NCBI GenBank assembly: GCA_039028835.1
Contig: JBCCHK010000004.1
Location: forward strand, 104,370-168,369
Direction: 5' to 3'
Length of the DNA: 64,000 nucleotides
DNA from: Pseudomonadota bacterium
GTDB taxonomy: Bacteria > Pseudomonadota > Alphaproteobacteria > JBCCHK01
The notes beneath the pieces were generated by a model, which saw only the letters and a list, made by a program, of their open reading frames with translations, did no database searches and had not been told where the DNA came from. Numbering within the stretch: the stretch's first letter is position 1; each line of letters begins with the position of its first letter. Shown in pieces: positions 33,870 to 43,095 of the stretch. Position numbers and translations under genes: made by a program.

Positions 33870-34307
33870 ATGATGACTTTTGGACAATCGATTAAAACCT
33901 GTTTCTCAAAATACGCAGTCTTTCGCGGGCGGGCGTCCCGCAGTGAGTTCTGGTGGTTTAACATCACCTTGACGCTGGTGGCGATCATTTTGGATACAGT
34001 GTCTCGCCTCTTTCCTGTGAGCTCGACCCCCGAGATGATTTTTTTAGGCATTTCACTGCTTATTTATTTAGCGACTTTGCTTCCTGTGTTGGCTGTAACA
34101 GTCCGACGGTTGCATGATCGTGATTTTTCCGGCTGGTGGCTTCTGCTGGTACTGATTCCTTTGCTGGGATGGTTAGTTTTATTCATTTTCATGGTGTTGC
34201 GCGGCACAGAAGGGGAGAATCGCTTTGGACCATCCCCATTGTTGGCCCCATCGCAGTCCCCACCGCAGGCCCCGTCCCAGGCAACAGTGCCGCCGTCCTC
34301 ATCATAA
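33870..34307 (+). CDS. DUF805 family inner-membrane protein (YhaH/YhaI-like)
   Basis: The motifs FRGRASRSEFWWF, RRLHDRDFSGWWLL, IPLLGWL and GTEGENRFGP are present. There is a strong RBS aaggagtg before ATGATG. Confidence 0.75.
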   Translation: MMTFGQSIKTCFSKYAVFRGRASRSEFWWFNITLTLVAIILDTVSRLFPVSSTPEMIFLGISLLIYLATLLPVLAVTVRRLHDRDFSGWWLLLVLIPLLGWLVLFIFMVLRGTEGENRFGPSPLLAPSQSPPQAPSQATVPPSSS

Positions 34308-34327
34308 CTGCCTATCATTAGAGAGCT

Positions 34328-35005
34328 ATGTTGATGGGTTTGAGTCTCCGGCGATGTGAGTTGCCGATCAAAGGGCTCTTTGCGGTTCTCCTTCTTGGGG
34401 TCATCGCGCTGACTGACAACAGCCAAGCCGATGGCCACGAGCATCGTCGCCATGTCGGTAGTTATGGGGCATGGATGACCTTTGAGATCATCGATACCTT
34501 TGAGGATCGAGCGGTGGCCTGGTCGGCGCGTGCGTCCGCGCGTGCCAGTGCGGGCGAAGGCAAGCCAGACGAAGAATCGCCCTGGCTGGAGATTTATTGT
34601 CGCTCCTTTCATGAGATGGGTTTGCGCGCGTCTTTTCCCGGCACGTTTGACCCGCCGCGCACCGCGAGCTTGCAACTCGATCCGGGTAGTGCGGCCCTTT
34701 CTGCTGTTGCAGGCACCGCGCCGCGGGTGACGATTCCCGATATCAAAATTGCCGACAACCCCACGTCGCTCACCGTAACGTTTCGCATCGACCGCGAGCC
34801 GATCATCAAAACCCGCGGGCAGGCGCCTGATCTGCTTGCCACGAATCCGGTCCAGGTGCGCCGAGTGCTCGCTAAGATGCGCCCGGGGCGCGAGATGCGG
34901 GTGCGAATCCAGCACAAGAACGCCGCGTATGTCTTACGCGTTGATCTGACGGGCGTGACAGCGGCAAGCCGGTGGGTTGCGCAAGAATGCGGCGCACGTT
35001 TGTAG
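34328..35005 (+). CDS. Hypothetical secreted protein (has a signal peptide and no recognisable domain)
   Basis: It has a hydrophobic N-terminus (LFAVLLLGVIALT) and two Cys residues (EIYCRSF, AQECGARL). It is sandwiched between DUF805 genes. Confidence 0.45.
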   Translation: MLMGLSLRRCELPIKGLFAVLLLGVIALTDNSQADGHEHRRHVGSYGAWMTFEIIDTFEDRAVAWSARASARASAGEGKPDEESPWLEIYCRSFHEMGLRASFPGTFDPPRTASLQLDPGSAALSAVAGTAPRVTIPDIKIADNPTSLTVTFRIDREPIIKTRGQAPDLLATNPVQVRRVLAKMRPGREMRVRIQHKNAAYVLRVDLTGVTAASRWVAQECGARL

Positions 35006-35103
35006 CGCGCCTTAGTTAGCCTTTGCCTTCGTGCTATCATTGTACCACTCGATGTGGGGCATAGATAAAAAATTGATGAATCCCAACCTGTAATGGATGA
35101 GAC

Positions 35104-36807
35104 ATGGTGATGCGCGCGATTCAACAATCCTGGCGAGACTTTGCCGCCTTTTCCGGGCGTACGGGGCGCGAAGATTTTATCACCTTGACCGTCTTTACGA
35201 TCTTCGCTCTCATCGTCGTGGTGATAGGTTTTCGCTTTGTCGGGGATCGCTTTTGGCTGGCCTACAGTTTGCAGTGGGCTGGACTGTTTTTTATTCTACT
35301 GCCCTATATGGCGGCGTTAGCGCGACGGTTTCGTGATGTTGGTCGGCCGCCGTGGCTGTGTTTGTTGGTTTTAGCACCGCCTTTTGGGTGGTTTGTGATT
35401 GCCGGTCTCGCTTTTCGTCCCGGTGTTTTATCCCAATGCGCCGTCGCGCAGAACTCATCGGCGGACATGGTGCCGGCGGTTAGAAAAGCCTTTGCAGGTT
35501 TCTTTAGTTTCCAAGGCAAGATTAACCGCGGTGAATACCTTTATTGGACCGCCTTTTGGTGGGGAGTGCTCTTGTTTATCTTTCCCTATCCCATTTTTGC
35601 TGAGATCGATTTAATCCTGGTGGGTCACGGTATGTCATCGGATGCTGAGCTGGCCTTAACGTTTACCGGTCTTTTTATCATCCTAACCTTTTTCCCCGGA
35701 ATCTCTATGAGCGTGCGCAGGCTGCGTGATGTCGGGATGAGCGGGGGATGGTGGTGGTTGTGCCTGATTCCATTTGGTGCGGGCACGGTCTTGCTTTTGC
35801 AGCTTCTTCCCACGCGGTCACAACAAGAACTGCCGGTAGAATCGGATGCCCCTACCATGTCATTGACCCAGGCCATTAAGCACGCCTATAGAACCTATGG
35901 GCGGTTTGCCGGGCGGGTGCCGCGGGCGGGTTTCTGGTGGTTTGTTGTTTTTGTGCCGTTGGCCTGGATTGCTTGGATGGTTATGCTCACGACTCTCGTG
36001 GATGTTCTTGAGGAGACCGGTGTTTATCGTGACACACATCTTGAAGAGATGTGGGGATGGATTGCCACTGTTACAGTCGTGATATCCCTGTTGGCGGGAC
36101 TTTTTGCTCTCGGGATTCCGGTGACGGCTTTATTCGTGCGGCGATTTCATGATTTAGGGCTCCCGGGATGGTTGGTGTTGCTATGGTTTTTTCCGGTTTC
36201 CGGGTGGCTTACGATACTGATTTTATTGACCCAGCAAGGCATGGCAGGCGCGAACACCTATGGCCCCGATCCCTTGGTGACGTCGATCTCATCCCAGCCT
36301 GTGCGCGCTGATGATTTTTGGCCAACCATTAAGCAGGTTTTTCGCCGTTCCTTTTCCTGGCGAGGTCGATCTGATCGGCGCACATTTCTTTATTGGCTAT
36401 TTTTCAGCGCAATTGCCATTAATAGTCTGCCGCTAGAAACAGAGGTAGAGTCTTTTGATATATTCTTATCGAGCGCAAATACTGCCCTCATGTTTTATTA
36501 TTGGCTGTTTAGGTTGATTATGTTTTTTCCTAACCTTGCGATTGTGATTCGCCGTTTGCACGATGTGGGCATGTCCGGTTGGTGGTTGATCCTTTTATTT
36601 CTGACGCAAATTTGTGTCCTTTGGTTTATCGCCGTGTATACCTATGGTCCTGCCGCCTATGATCTTGCGCACGATCCGGCATTATTTTCAGAAGTCATGG
36701 CCGTGGTTCTTAGACTGGTCACATTCATCCTAGCGATGATGGCTTTGCTCCTTGTATTGTTACAACCCAGTTATCATCCGCAGAAATCCAAACTTCCCGC
36801 GAGATAG
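35104..36807 (+). CDS. Membrane protein consisting of four tandem DUF805 domains
   Basis: The DUF805 signature (FSGR..R.EFW ... RRLHD.G.SGWW ... GxN.YGP) recurs four times. The four Arg-rich RRLHD-type motifs are ARRFRDVGRPPW, VRRLRDVGMSGGWWW, VRRFHDLGLPGW and IRRLHDVGMSGWW. Confidence 0.7.
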   Translation: MVMRAIQQSWRDFAAFSGRTGREDFITLTVFTIFALIVVVIGFRFVGDRFWLAYSLQWAGLFFILLPYMAALARRFRDVGRPPWLCLLVLAPPFGWFVIAGLAFRPGVLSQCAVAQNSSADMVPAVRKAFAGFFSFQGKINRGEYLYWTAFWWGVLLFIFPYPIFAEIDLILVGHGMSSDAELALTFTGLFIILTFFPGISMSVRRLRDVGMSGGWWWLCLIPFGAGTVLLLQLLPTRSQQELPVESDAPTMSLTQAIKHAYRTYGRFAGRVPRAGFWWFVVFVPLAWIAWMVMLTTLVDVLEETGVYRDTHLEEMWGWIATVTVVISLLAGLFALGIPVTALFVRRFHDLGLPGWLVLLWFFPVSGWLTILILLTQQGMAGANTYGPDPLVTSISSQPVRADDFWPTIKQVFRRSFSWRGRSDRRTFLYWLFFSAIAINSLPLETEVESFDIFLSSANTALMFYYWLFRLIMFFPNLAIVIRRLHDVGMSGWWLILLFLTQICVLWFIAVYTYGPAAYDLAHDPALFSEVMAVVLRLVTFILAMMALLLVLLQPSYHPQKSKLPAR

Positions 36808-36866
36808 CACCATCTGTGGTACCATAGATATAGATCTGCGCCTTAACCCGGAAGGAGTTTCTCACC

Positions 36867-37577
36867 ATGGATATGTCCGGCCAGCTTACAATTGCCGCAC
36901 CCCGTGATAGGGTGTGGGACGCGCTTAATGATGAGAAAATTTTGCAAGACGCCGTGCCCGGCTGTCAGGAAGTCGTGCGCGTGGATGAAACTCACTTTAC
37001 CGCCAAGGTGAAACAGAAAATCGGCCCGATCAGTGCGAGTTTTTCCGTTAAAATCGAACTAAGTGACCTTGATCCGCCGCAAGGGTATAAAATCTCCGGC
37101 AGTGGCGATGGCGGTGCGGTCGGTTTCGCCAAGGGCGGCGCCAGCGTGTCGCTGGTTGAGGTTGACGGCCAGACGACACTGTCTTATGAGGTGCAAGCGC
37201 AGGTGGGCGGCAAAATTGCACAACTCGGCGCCCGGTTGATCGACAGCGCGGCAAGAAAACTCGCCGCTCAGTTTTTTCGTGACTTCAAGCAAGCGGTAGA
37301 AGCCGCTCAGTTTTTTCGTGACTTCAAGCAAGCGATAGAAACCGCCAACGCGGTTGCTCCTACGCCCTCTACACCTGCCGCGCCTATGGCCGCTGTGTCC
37401 AACGCTGCCCCTGCTACCCCCGCCGATGCTCCACCGCCCACGAGCGCACATCCCGCAAAAGCACAAAAAACACTTTTGCGTTGGCCGGGGGCGCCCTCTG
37501 GTGGGGTGCGCTTGCTCTATTTTGCCATCATCGTCGCCGTGGTTGCGCTGGTCACGTGGCTGTTGACCACCCAATAG
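36867..37577 (+). CDS. CoxG-like SRPBCC protein (carbon monoxide dehydrogenase subunit G family) with a Pro/Ala-rich linker and a C-terminal transmembrane anchor
   Basis: The N-terminal 150 aa are of CoxG type (MDMSGQLTIAAPRDRVWDALND...GPISASF...SGDGGAVGFAKGGASVSL...LGARLIDSAARKLAAQFF). The C-terminus LLYFAIIVAVVALVTWLLT is hydrophobic. Confidence 0.75.
   Translation: MDMSGQLTIAAPRDRVWDALNDEKILQDAVPGCQEVVRVDETHFTAKVKQKIGPISASFSVKIELSDLDPPQGYKISGSGDGGAVGFAKGGASVSLVEVDGQTTLSYEVQAQVGGKIAQLGARLIDSAARKLAAQFFRDFKQAVEAAQFFRDFKQAIETANAVAPTPSTPAAPMAAVSNAAPATPADAPPPTSAHPAKAQKTLLRWPGAPSGGVRLLYFAIIVAVVALVTWLLTTQ
37266..37343 (+). repeat. Near-perfect 39-bp tandem duplication inside the CoxG-like gene, encoding AQFFRDFKQA(V/I)E(A/T) twice
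   Basis: The sequence gctcagttttttcgtgacttcaagcaagcg(g/a)tagaa(g/a)cc occurs twice with 2 mismatches. Confidence 0.9.
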
Positions 37578-37601
37578 AAAAATAGAAAATAGTTTCGGCA
37601 A

Positions 37602-38891
37602 TCAATACCGATAGTGCTCGGGCTTAAAGGCGCCTTCATCTTCCACGCCGATATACTTGGCTTGCGCCTCATTTAAGGTGGTTAGCTTTGCGCCGAGCCG
37701 CTCCAGGTGCAGGCTTGCGACCTTTTCATCCAAATGACGCGGCAGGCGATAGACCTTATGCTCATAATTCTTGTGATTTTCCCATAACTCGATCTGCGCG
37801 AGCACTTGATTGGTGAACGAGGCGCTCATGACAAAACTGGGATGCCCTGTTGCGCATCCCAAGTTCACAAGTCGCCCCTTGGCAAGCAAAATCAGTCGCT
37901 TGCCGTCGGGAAAGATCACTTCATCGACCTGGGGCTTGACCTCCTCCCAGCGTAGGTTGCGCAACGCTTCGGTTTGGATTTCCGAGTCAAAATGGCCGAT
38001 GTTACAGACAATCGCCCGATCCTTCATCTCACGCATATGATCCAGCGTAATCACATCGATGTTGCCTGTCGCGGTGACGAACACATCGCCGATCGGCGCG
38101 AGAGCTTCCATGGTGGCGACCTGATAGCCTTCCATGGCGGCTTGCAACGCGCAGATGGGATCGACCTCGGTGACGATCACCCGCGCGCCTTGACTACGCA
38201 AGCTTGCCGCCGAGCCTTTGCCGACATCGCCATAGCCGCAGACCACAGCAGTCTTGCCCGCCAGCATGACATCGGTCGCCCGCTTGATGCCGTCCACCAA
38301 ACTCTCCCGGCAACCATAAAGGTTATCGAACTTTGACTTGGTCACGCTGTCGTTCACGTTGATCGCCGGGACTTTTAATGTGCCGGCTTGCGCCATTTCA
38401 TACAATCGACGCACGCCGGTGGTGGTTTCTTCAGACAAGCCGACGATATCCTCCAGCAACTGGGAGTGCTTTTCATGAATCAAAGCGGTCACATCGCCGC
38501 CGTCGTCTAAGATCAAGTTGGGTCGCCAGTCGTTCGGGCCACGCAAGGTCTGCTCGATACACCACCAGAACTCATCTTCGCTCTCACCCTTCCAGGCAAA
38601 CACGGGGATGCCGGCTTGCGCCATTGCGGCGGCGGCATGGTCTTGGGTTGAGAAGATATTGCATGAGCTCCAGCGTACGGTGGCCCCCAGGGCAGTGAGG
38701 GTCTCGATCAGCACCGCGGTTTGAATGGTCATGTGCAAACAGCCAACGATCCGCGCGCCCTTAAGGGGCTTGGCGCGGCCATATTGTTCGCGCAAGGCCA
38801 TCAACCCGGGCATTTCGGTTTGCGCAATATCGATTTCCTTGCGCCCCCATTGGGCTTGAGTAATATCAGCAATTTTGTAATCGACCGCCAT
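37602..38891 (-). CDS. ahcY: Adenosylhomocysteinase
   Basis: The N-terminus [35 protein letters not shown] and an NAD-binding region are highly conserved SAHH sequence. Confidence 0.93.
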   Translation of the reverse strand: MAVDYKIADITQAQWGRKEIDIAQTEMPGLMALREQYGRAKPLKGARIVGCLHMTIQTAVLIETLTALGATVRWSSCNIFSTQDHAAAAMAQAGIPVFAWKGESEDEFWWCIEQTLRGPNDWRPNLILDDGGDVTALIHEKHSQLLEDIVGLSEETTTGVRRLYEMAQAGTLKVPAINVNDSVTKSKFDNLYGCRESLVDGIKRATDVMLAGKTAVVCGYGDVGKGSAASLRSQGARVIVTEVDPICALQAAMEGYQVATMEALAPIGDVFVTATGNIDVITLDHMREMKDRAIVCNIGHFDSEIQTEALRNLRWEEVKPQVDEVIFPDGKRLILLAKGRLVNLGCATGHPSFVMSASFTNQVLAQIELWENHKNYEHKVYRLPRHLDEKVASLHLERLGAKLTTLNEAQAKYIGVEDEGAFKPEHYRY

Positions 38892-38944
38892 GATCGTAGA
38901 GCCTCTTTTTTTGTTGTCGATAAGGGGGTGAGGGGATTTGGATG

Positions 38945-39247
38945 TTAGCCCTTCATGCGGTTGATATGTTCAACCGCAATGGTGCCGCTGATGCGGAAAT
39001 AGACAACCAGGATGGCAAGACCGATGGCCGCCTCCGCCGCCGCGACAGCCAAAATAATGAGGGCAAAAATATGCCCCGCAACATCACCAGAAAAGCTAGA
39101 AAACGCGACAAAGTTTGTTGTCACCGAGAGCAAAATGAGCTCCACCGACATTAAAATCACAATCACGTTCTTGCGATTGATAAAGATTCCCGTCACCCCA
39201 ATGGTGAACAAAATCGCGCTAAGGACAAGGTAGTGCGTTAACGTCAT
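38945..39247 (-). CDS. nuoK: NADH-quinone oxidoreductase subunit K
   Basis: It is 100 aa and reads [32 protein letters not shown], which is canonical NuoK. Confidence 0.9.
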   Translation of the reverse strand: MTLTHYLVLSAILFTIGVTGIFINRKNVIVILMSVELILLSVTTNFVAFSSFSGDVAGHIFALIILAVAAAEAAIGLAILVVYFRISGTIAVEHINRMKG

Positions 39248-39882
39248 GAGCGATTCTTCGGTGACTTGCTCTTCGGGTCTTGCTTTTGTTTCGGAGCAAA
39301 GAAAGACTCGCCCCCTTGGCCACTCCCCACCGTTATGAGCTTGAGAACGTCGGCGGGTTTGCGCGCGGTTTGTGCGCCGATGTCTTGCCGGCGTACGTCC
39401 GTGCGGCGGCGCAGGGTCAGGGCAATCGCCCCGATCATGGCGACCAGCAGGATGATCCCTGCGGTCTGGAAAGGATAGACATAGACAGTATAGAGAACGC
39501 GCCCGATATCTTGCGCCGAGATCGGCGTGATCGTAGTGCGCTCCGGCATCAAAAAGGCCACGGTCAGCAATTGCGCGAGCAGGACAGCCCCCACCAGAAG
39601 CCCCAGCGGCAGGTAGGTCAAAAAGCCTTGCCGCAGGGCGGTAAAGTCCACATCCATCATCATCACGACGAATAAAAACAACACCGCCACCGCGCCGACA
39701 TAGACAATGACGAGAATCATCGCCAAAAACTCCGCGCCCAGCAGGACAAACAGCCCCGCAGCGGTAAAAAAGGTCATAATCAAGAGCAGGACCGCATGAA
39801 CAGGGTTGCGCACACTGATAACCCCAATCGCGCCCGCAATCAACACGGCGGCAAAGGCGTAGAAAACCACATCGATCAACAT
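39244..39882 (-). CDS. nuoJ: NADH-quinone oxidoreductase subunit J
   Basis: It has NuoJ-type TM helices ([26 protein letters not shown]). Its stop overlaps the nuoK start. Confidence 0.88.
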   Translation of the reverse strand: MLIDVVFYAFAAVLIAGAIGVISVRNPVHAVLLLIMTFFTAAGLFVLLGAEFLAMILVIVYVGAVAVLFLFVVMMMDVDFTALRQGFLTYLPLGLLVGAVLLAQLLTVAFLMPERTTITPISAQDIGRVLYTVYVYPFQTAGIILLVAMIGAIALTLRRRTDVRRQDIGAQTARKPADVLKLITVGSGQGGESFFAPKQKQDPKSKSPKNRS

Positions 39883-40120
39883 TCGCGGTATGCTCCTGGT
39901 TGGGCTCTGGTTCTGGTTTGGCTTTTGGCGCGGCGCCCTGGGGGGGGGCTTATCACAAGGCTCTTATACCAAGGTTCTTGTCATAAGATTCTTGAGGGTT
40001 TTCTGGCGAGTCGTTCCGGCCAACAGGGACAAAACGAAACTATCTTGAAACGATCTTACTGTACTGCGTTGCGCGGGTAAGCAAAAGGGGGCATAACTAT
40101 TTTCTCATGGAACGGGCGAG

Positions 40121-41665
40121 ATGGCACTTTTAAGAGCGAGCGCAACCTTCAGCAGCTGGACCGGCCTATCGCGGCTGACGGGGTTTGGACGCGATTTAAT
40201 GATCGCGATCATCTTGGGGGTGAGTCCCCTTGCCGATATTTTTGTCATGGCGTTGGTCATTCCGAGCTTGTTCCGTAGTTTCACTGGAGAGGGGGCGTTT
40301 TCCAGCGCCTTCGTTCCGCGCTATTCAGGCCTGCGCACAACGCAAGGGCAAGCCCATGCGAGTGACTTTGCCGCCAAGGTCATCGGCCTGATTATTCTCG
40401 TCACAGTGCTGATCACAGGGGTTGTCTGGGCGGCAGCGCCGTGGATCATGCCTGTCATGGTGCCCTGGCTGGAAGCAAGCCAGACCCTTAAGGCGGTCGC
40501 CGTGAACCTGCTACAAATCACGATCACATACGTGATTCTGGTCTCCCTGGTGGCTCTTCTTGGCGGTTTGCTGACCGAGCATGATGTCTATGCGCCGCTC
40601 GCAGGGAGTCAGGTGATTTATAATCTTCTCGTGATTTTCGCGGCTTGGGTGAGTGTGATTGTCGGCGGCCAGACGGTCTACTTCATGGCTTGGGCGGTGA
40701 TCGGTGCAGGATCCCTTCAGCTTTTATGGGTCCTCATCGTCATGATCCGCCGCCGTATTGTCCTGCCACTCAGACAAATGGCTCGGTGTCTGCAATTTGA
40801 TGATCGCTTTAAGGATTTCATGCGAGGACTCGGCCCGGCGGTGTTGGCTAGTTGCCTGCTGCCGATCTCCACCGTTGCAGACAACATCATGGCCGCCTGG
40901 CTCGGCACGGGTAATGTTTCTCAGATTTACTACGCATCCCGGCTGTATCAGTTGCCCTACAGTTTGGTCGCGATTGCTTTCGCTGCGGCTTTGATCCCGA
41001 GCCTCTCGCGGTTTTATGCGAAAGCGGCTCATGGCCCCGCCGCAGACCTCTTGCGTACAACCTTGCTGGGGGCGCTCATGATTGCAGTGCCGGCGGCCGT
41101 AGGCATTGCCATTCTTGCCCAGCCGATTATTCAAGCCGTCTATGCCTACGGCGCCTTTACCGATGAGGCAGCGGTCTTGGTGGGGCGTATTTTGATGATT
41201 TATGCCCTGGTCATTCCTCCGCTTACGGTTGTGAAAATCTTGACCTCTTCATTTTTTGCGCAAAAAGACACGACAACACCCTTTAAGTTGCTCTGTTTGT
41301 CTGTCGCTCTGAATATCTCAACATCATTGATCTCCATTCAATTTATCGGCGTGATGGGAATTGCGCTGGGGACGGCAGTAGCCAGTTGGACTCATGCGGC
41401 CGTGATATGGTGGATGCATCAGCGGCGGCGCGGGTCCCTCATCGACGACCGCGGCTGGCGATGGTTTGGGGCGATCATCCTGGCCGTGCTCGGTATGGCG
41501 GCAGGTGTGTGGGGGTTGCGCGCGCCGATCCTCTACCTCACGATGGATTTCGGTGGTGTGATTGTCGCGTTGTTGATCCTCATACCCTTAGGGATGCTGA
41601 TCTACGGCGGGCTGGCCCAGGTGTTGGGCCTGCGGGCTTTGCTCGGGCAAGTCAGTCGGGCGTAG
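40121..41665 (+). CDS. murJ: Lipid II flippase MurJ (MviN)
   Basis: It is 514 aa with 14 TM helices. The N-terminal region LSRLTGFGRDLMIAIILG is of MurJ type. Confidence 0.85.
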   Translation: MALLRASATFSSWTGLSRLTGFGRDLMIAIILGVSPLADIFVMALVIPSLFRSFTGEGAFSSAFVPRYSGLRTTQGQAHASDFAAKVIGLIILVTVLITGVVWAAAPWIMPVMVPWLEASQTLKAVAVNLLQITITYVILVSLVALLGGLLTEHDVYAPLAGSQVIYNLLVIFAAWVSVIVGGQTVYFMAWAVIGAGSLQLLWVLIVMIRRRIVLPLRQMARCLQFDDRFKDFMRGLGPAVLASCLLPISTVADNIMAAWLGTGNVSQIYYASRLYQLPYSLVAIAFAAALIPSLSRFYAKAAHGPAADLLRTTLLGALMIAVPAAVGIAILAQPIIQAVYAYGAFTDEAAVLVGRILMIYALVIPPLTVVKILTSSFFAQKDTTTPFKLLCLSVALNISTSLISIQFIGVMGIALGTAVASWTHAAVIWWMHQRRRGSLIDDRGWRWFGAIILAVLGMAAGVWGLRAPILYLTMDFGGVIVALLILIPLGMLIYGGLAQVLGLRALLGQVSRA

Positions 41666-41817
41666 GTTTCGGGCTTAAGCGAGACGCCCCCCTAATATCC
41701 TCATCGACCCATCCTGGCTGTGTGTCCTTTCCGGTTGTTTTGTTGTATGATCCTACCTTAGCGTCTTCTACCCGTGTTTTGTAAGGGGCGCGTGATCGCC
41801 ACGCGCAGGGATATCTC

Positions 41818-42012
41818 ATGGCAGTTCCAAAGAAAAAAACCTCAAAATCTCGTCGCAATCAGCGACGCGCCCACGATGCGCTGGCCCGTCCCACCTACGT
41901 GGAAAATCGTGAGTCTGGCGAGCTTGTGCGCCCCCATCATATCGACCCAACCACGGGACGCTATCGGGATCGAGACATCCTCGCGATCGACGATGAGGAT
42001 GAGGACGCCTAG
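41818..42012 (+). CDS. rpmF: 50S ribosomal protein L32 with an acidic C-terminal tail
   Basis: It begins [19 protein letters not shown]. Confidence 0.9.
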   Translation: MAVPKKKTSKSRRNQRRAHDALARPTYVENRESGELVRPHHIDPTTGRYRDRDILAIDDEDEDA

Positions 42013-42024
42013 CCAGGGGTTCCT

Positions 42025-43095
42025 GTGAGCCAAACGATGACGCGCGAGTTTGCGTCCTCCTCGCATCCTGTTCTCGCGGTCGATGCAATGGGCGGCGATG
42101 GCGGGCCGACAGTCACGTTGGCCGGGATGGCCCTCGCCTTGCAAGCCTATCCGCAGTGTACCTGCCTTTTGTTCGGCGATGAGCAGGTCCTGCGCCCTGT
42201 GCTTAAAAAGTTTCCCATCTTGCAGCAAGCGGTGCGTGGCATCGTCCACACCGATGATGTCATCACCAACGACGACAAGCCCTCAGTGGCTTTGCGCCAA
42301 GGACGTAGTTCAAGCATGCGCTTGGCGATCAACGCTGTCGCCGAGGGTCAGGCGGACGCGATTATCTCAGCTGGGAACACCGGCGCGCTCATGGCTATGG
42401 CCAAGTTTGTCCTCAAGACCTACCCCGAGATTGACCGTCCCGCCATTGTCAGCCTCATGCCCACCCTCAAGCACGATACGGTGTTGCTCGATCTCGGTGC
42501 CAACACCGAATGTAGCGCCGATAACCTCGTACAGTTTGGCATCATGGGCGCGATGTACTGCATGGCGGTGCGCAAGGTCACCCGCCCGACGGTGCGGATT
42601 CTCAATATCGGCGCCGAAACCCTTAAGGGGCATGACTTGGTCAAGCAGGCCGCCTTGAGCCTCTCGCAGATCGAGTTCCCCGGCGTGTATGAGGGCTTCA
42701 TCGAAGGCGATGATATCGGCAAGGGCATGGCCGATGTGGTCGTCACCGACGGCTTTACCGGCAACGTCGCGCTTAAGGTTGCGGAAGGAACGTCCCGGCT
42801 CTATTCGGCTTGGCTGCGCGAACAGTTCACCTCAACCTGGCGCGCGAAACTTGGCTATCTGGTGGCAAGGCCTGCCCTACAAGCTCTGCGCGCGCGGGTC
42901 GATCCCCGACACTATAACGGCGCGTTACTGATCGGCTTGCGCGGGGTGTGCATCAAGAGTCACGGCGGCACCGATGCGATTGGTTTTGCCAATGCGGTGG
43001 AGGTTGGCTTGCAGCTTGTGACCTCGAACTTTCAGAAGTCTTTGCATCAGGAGTTTGAACGCTATGCCGGTCGCATGGTTGGAGCCATCGCGTGA
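42025..43095 (+). CDS. plsX: Phosphate acyltransferase PlsX
   Basis: It follows the conserved rpmF-plsX-fabH order. It has the PlsX N-terminus AVDAMGGDGGP. Confidence 0.9.
   Translation: MSQTMTREFASSSHPVLAVDAMGGDGGPTVTLAGMALALQAYPQCTCLLFGDEQVLRPVLKKFPILQQAVRGIVHTDDVITNDDKPSVALRQGRSSSMRLAINAVAEGQADAIISAGNTGALMAMAKFVLKTYPEIDRPAIVSLMPTLKHDTVLLDLGANTECSADNLVQFGIMGAMYCMAVRKVTRPTVRILNIGAETLKGHDLVKQAALSLSQIEFPGVYEGFIEGDDIGKGMADVVVTDGFTGNVALKVAEGTSRLYSAWLREQFTSTWRAKLGYLVARPALQALRARVDPRHYNGALLIGLRGVCIKSHGGTDAIGFANAVEVGLQLVTSNFQKSLHQEFERYAGRMVGAIA

Noticed and set aside
34064-34915. 283-aa minus-strand ORF, Arg/Gly-rich, overlapping the secreted hypothetical and DUF805 genes
   Set aside because: It is antisense to better-supported genes. 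Its composition (poly-R/G/H) is typical of a spurious reverse-frame ORF in GC-rich DNA, and it has no recognisable motifs.
39930-39990. Three loosely similar aagNttctt motifs in the divergent nuoJ / murJ spacer
   Set aside because: They are too short and degenerate to distinguish from chance, so I am not reporting them as a feature.
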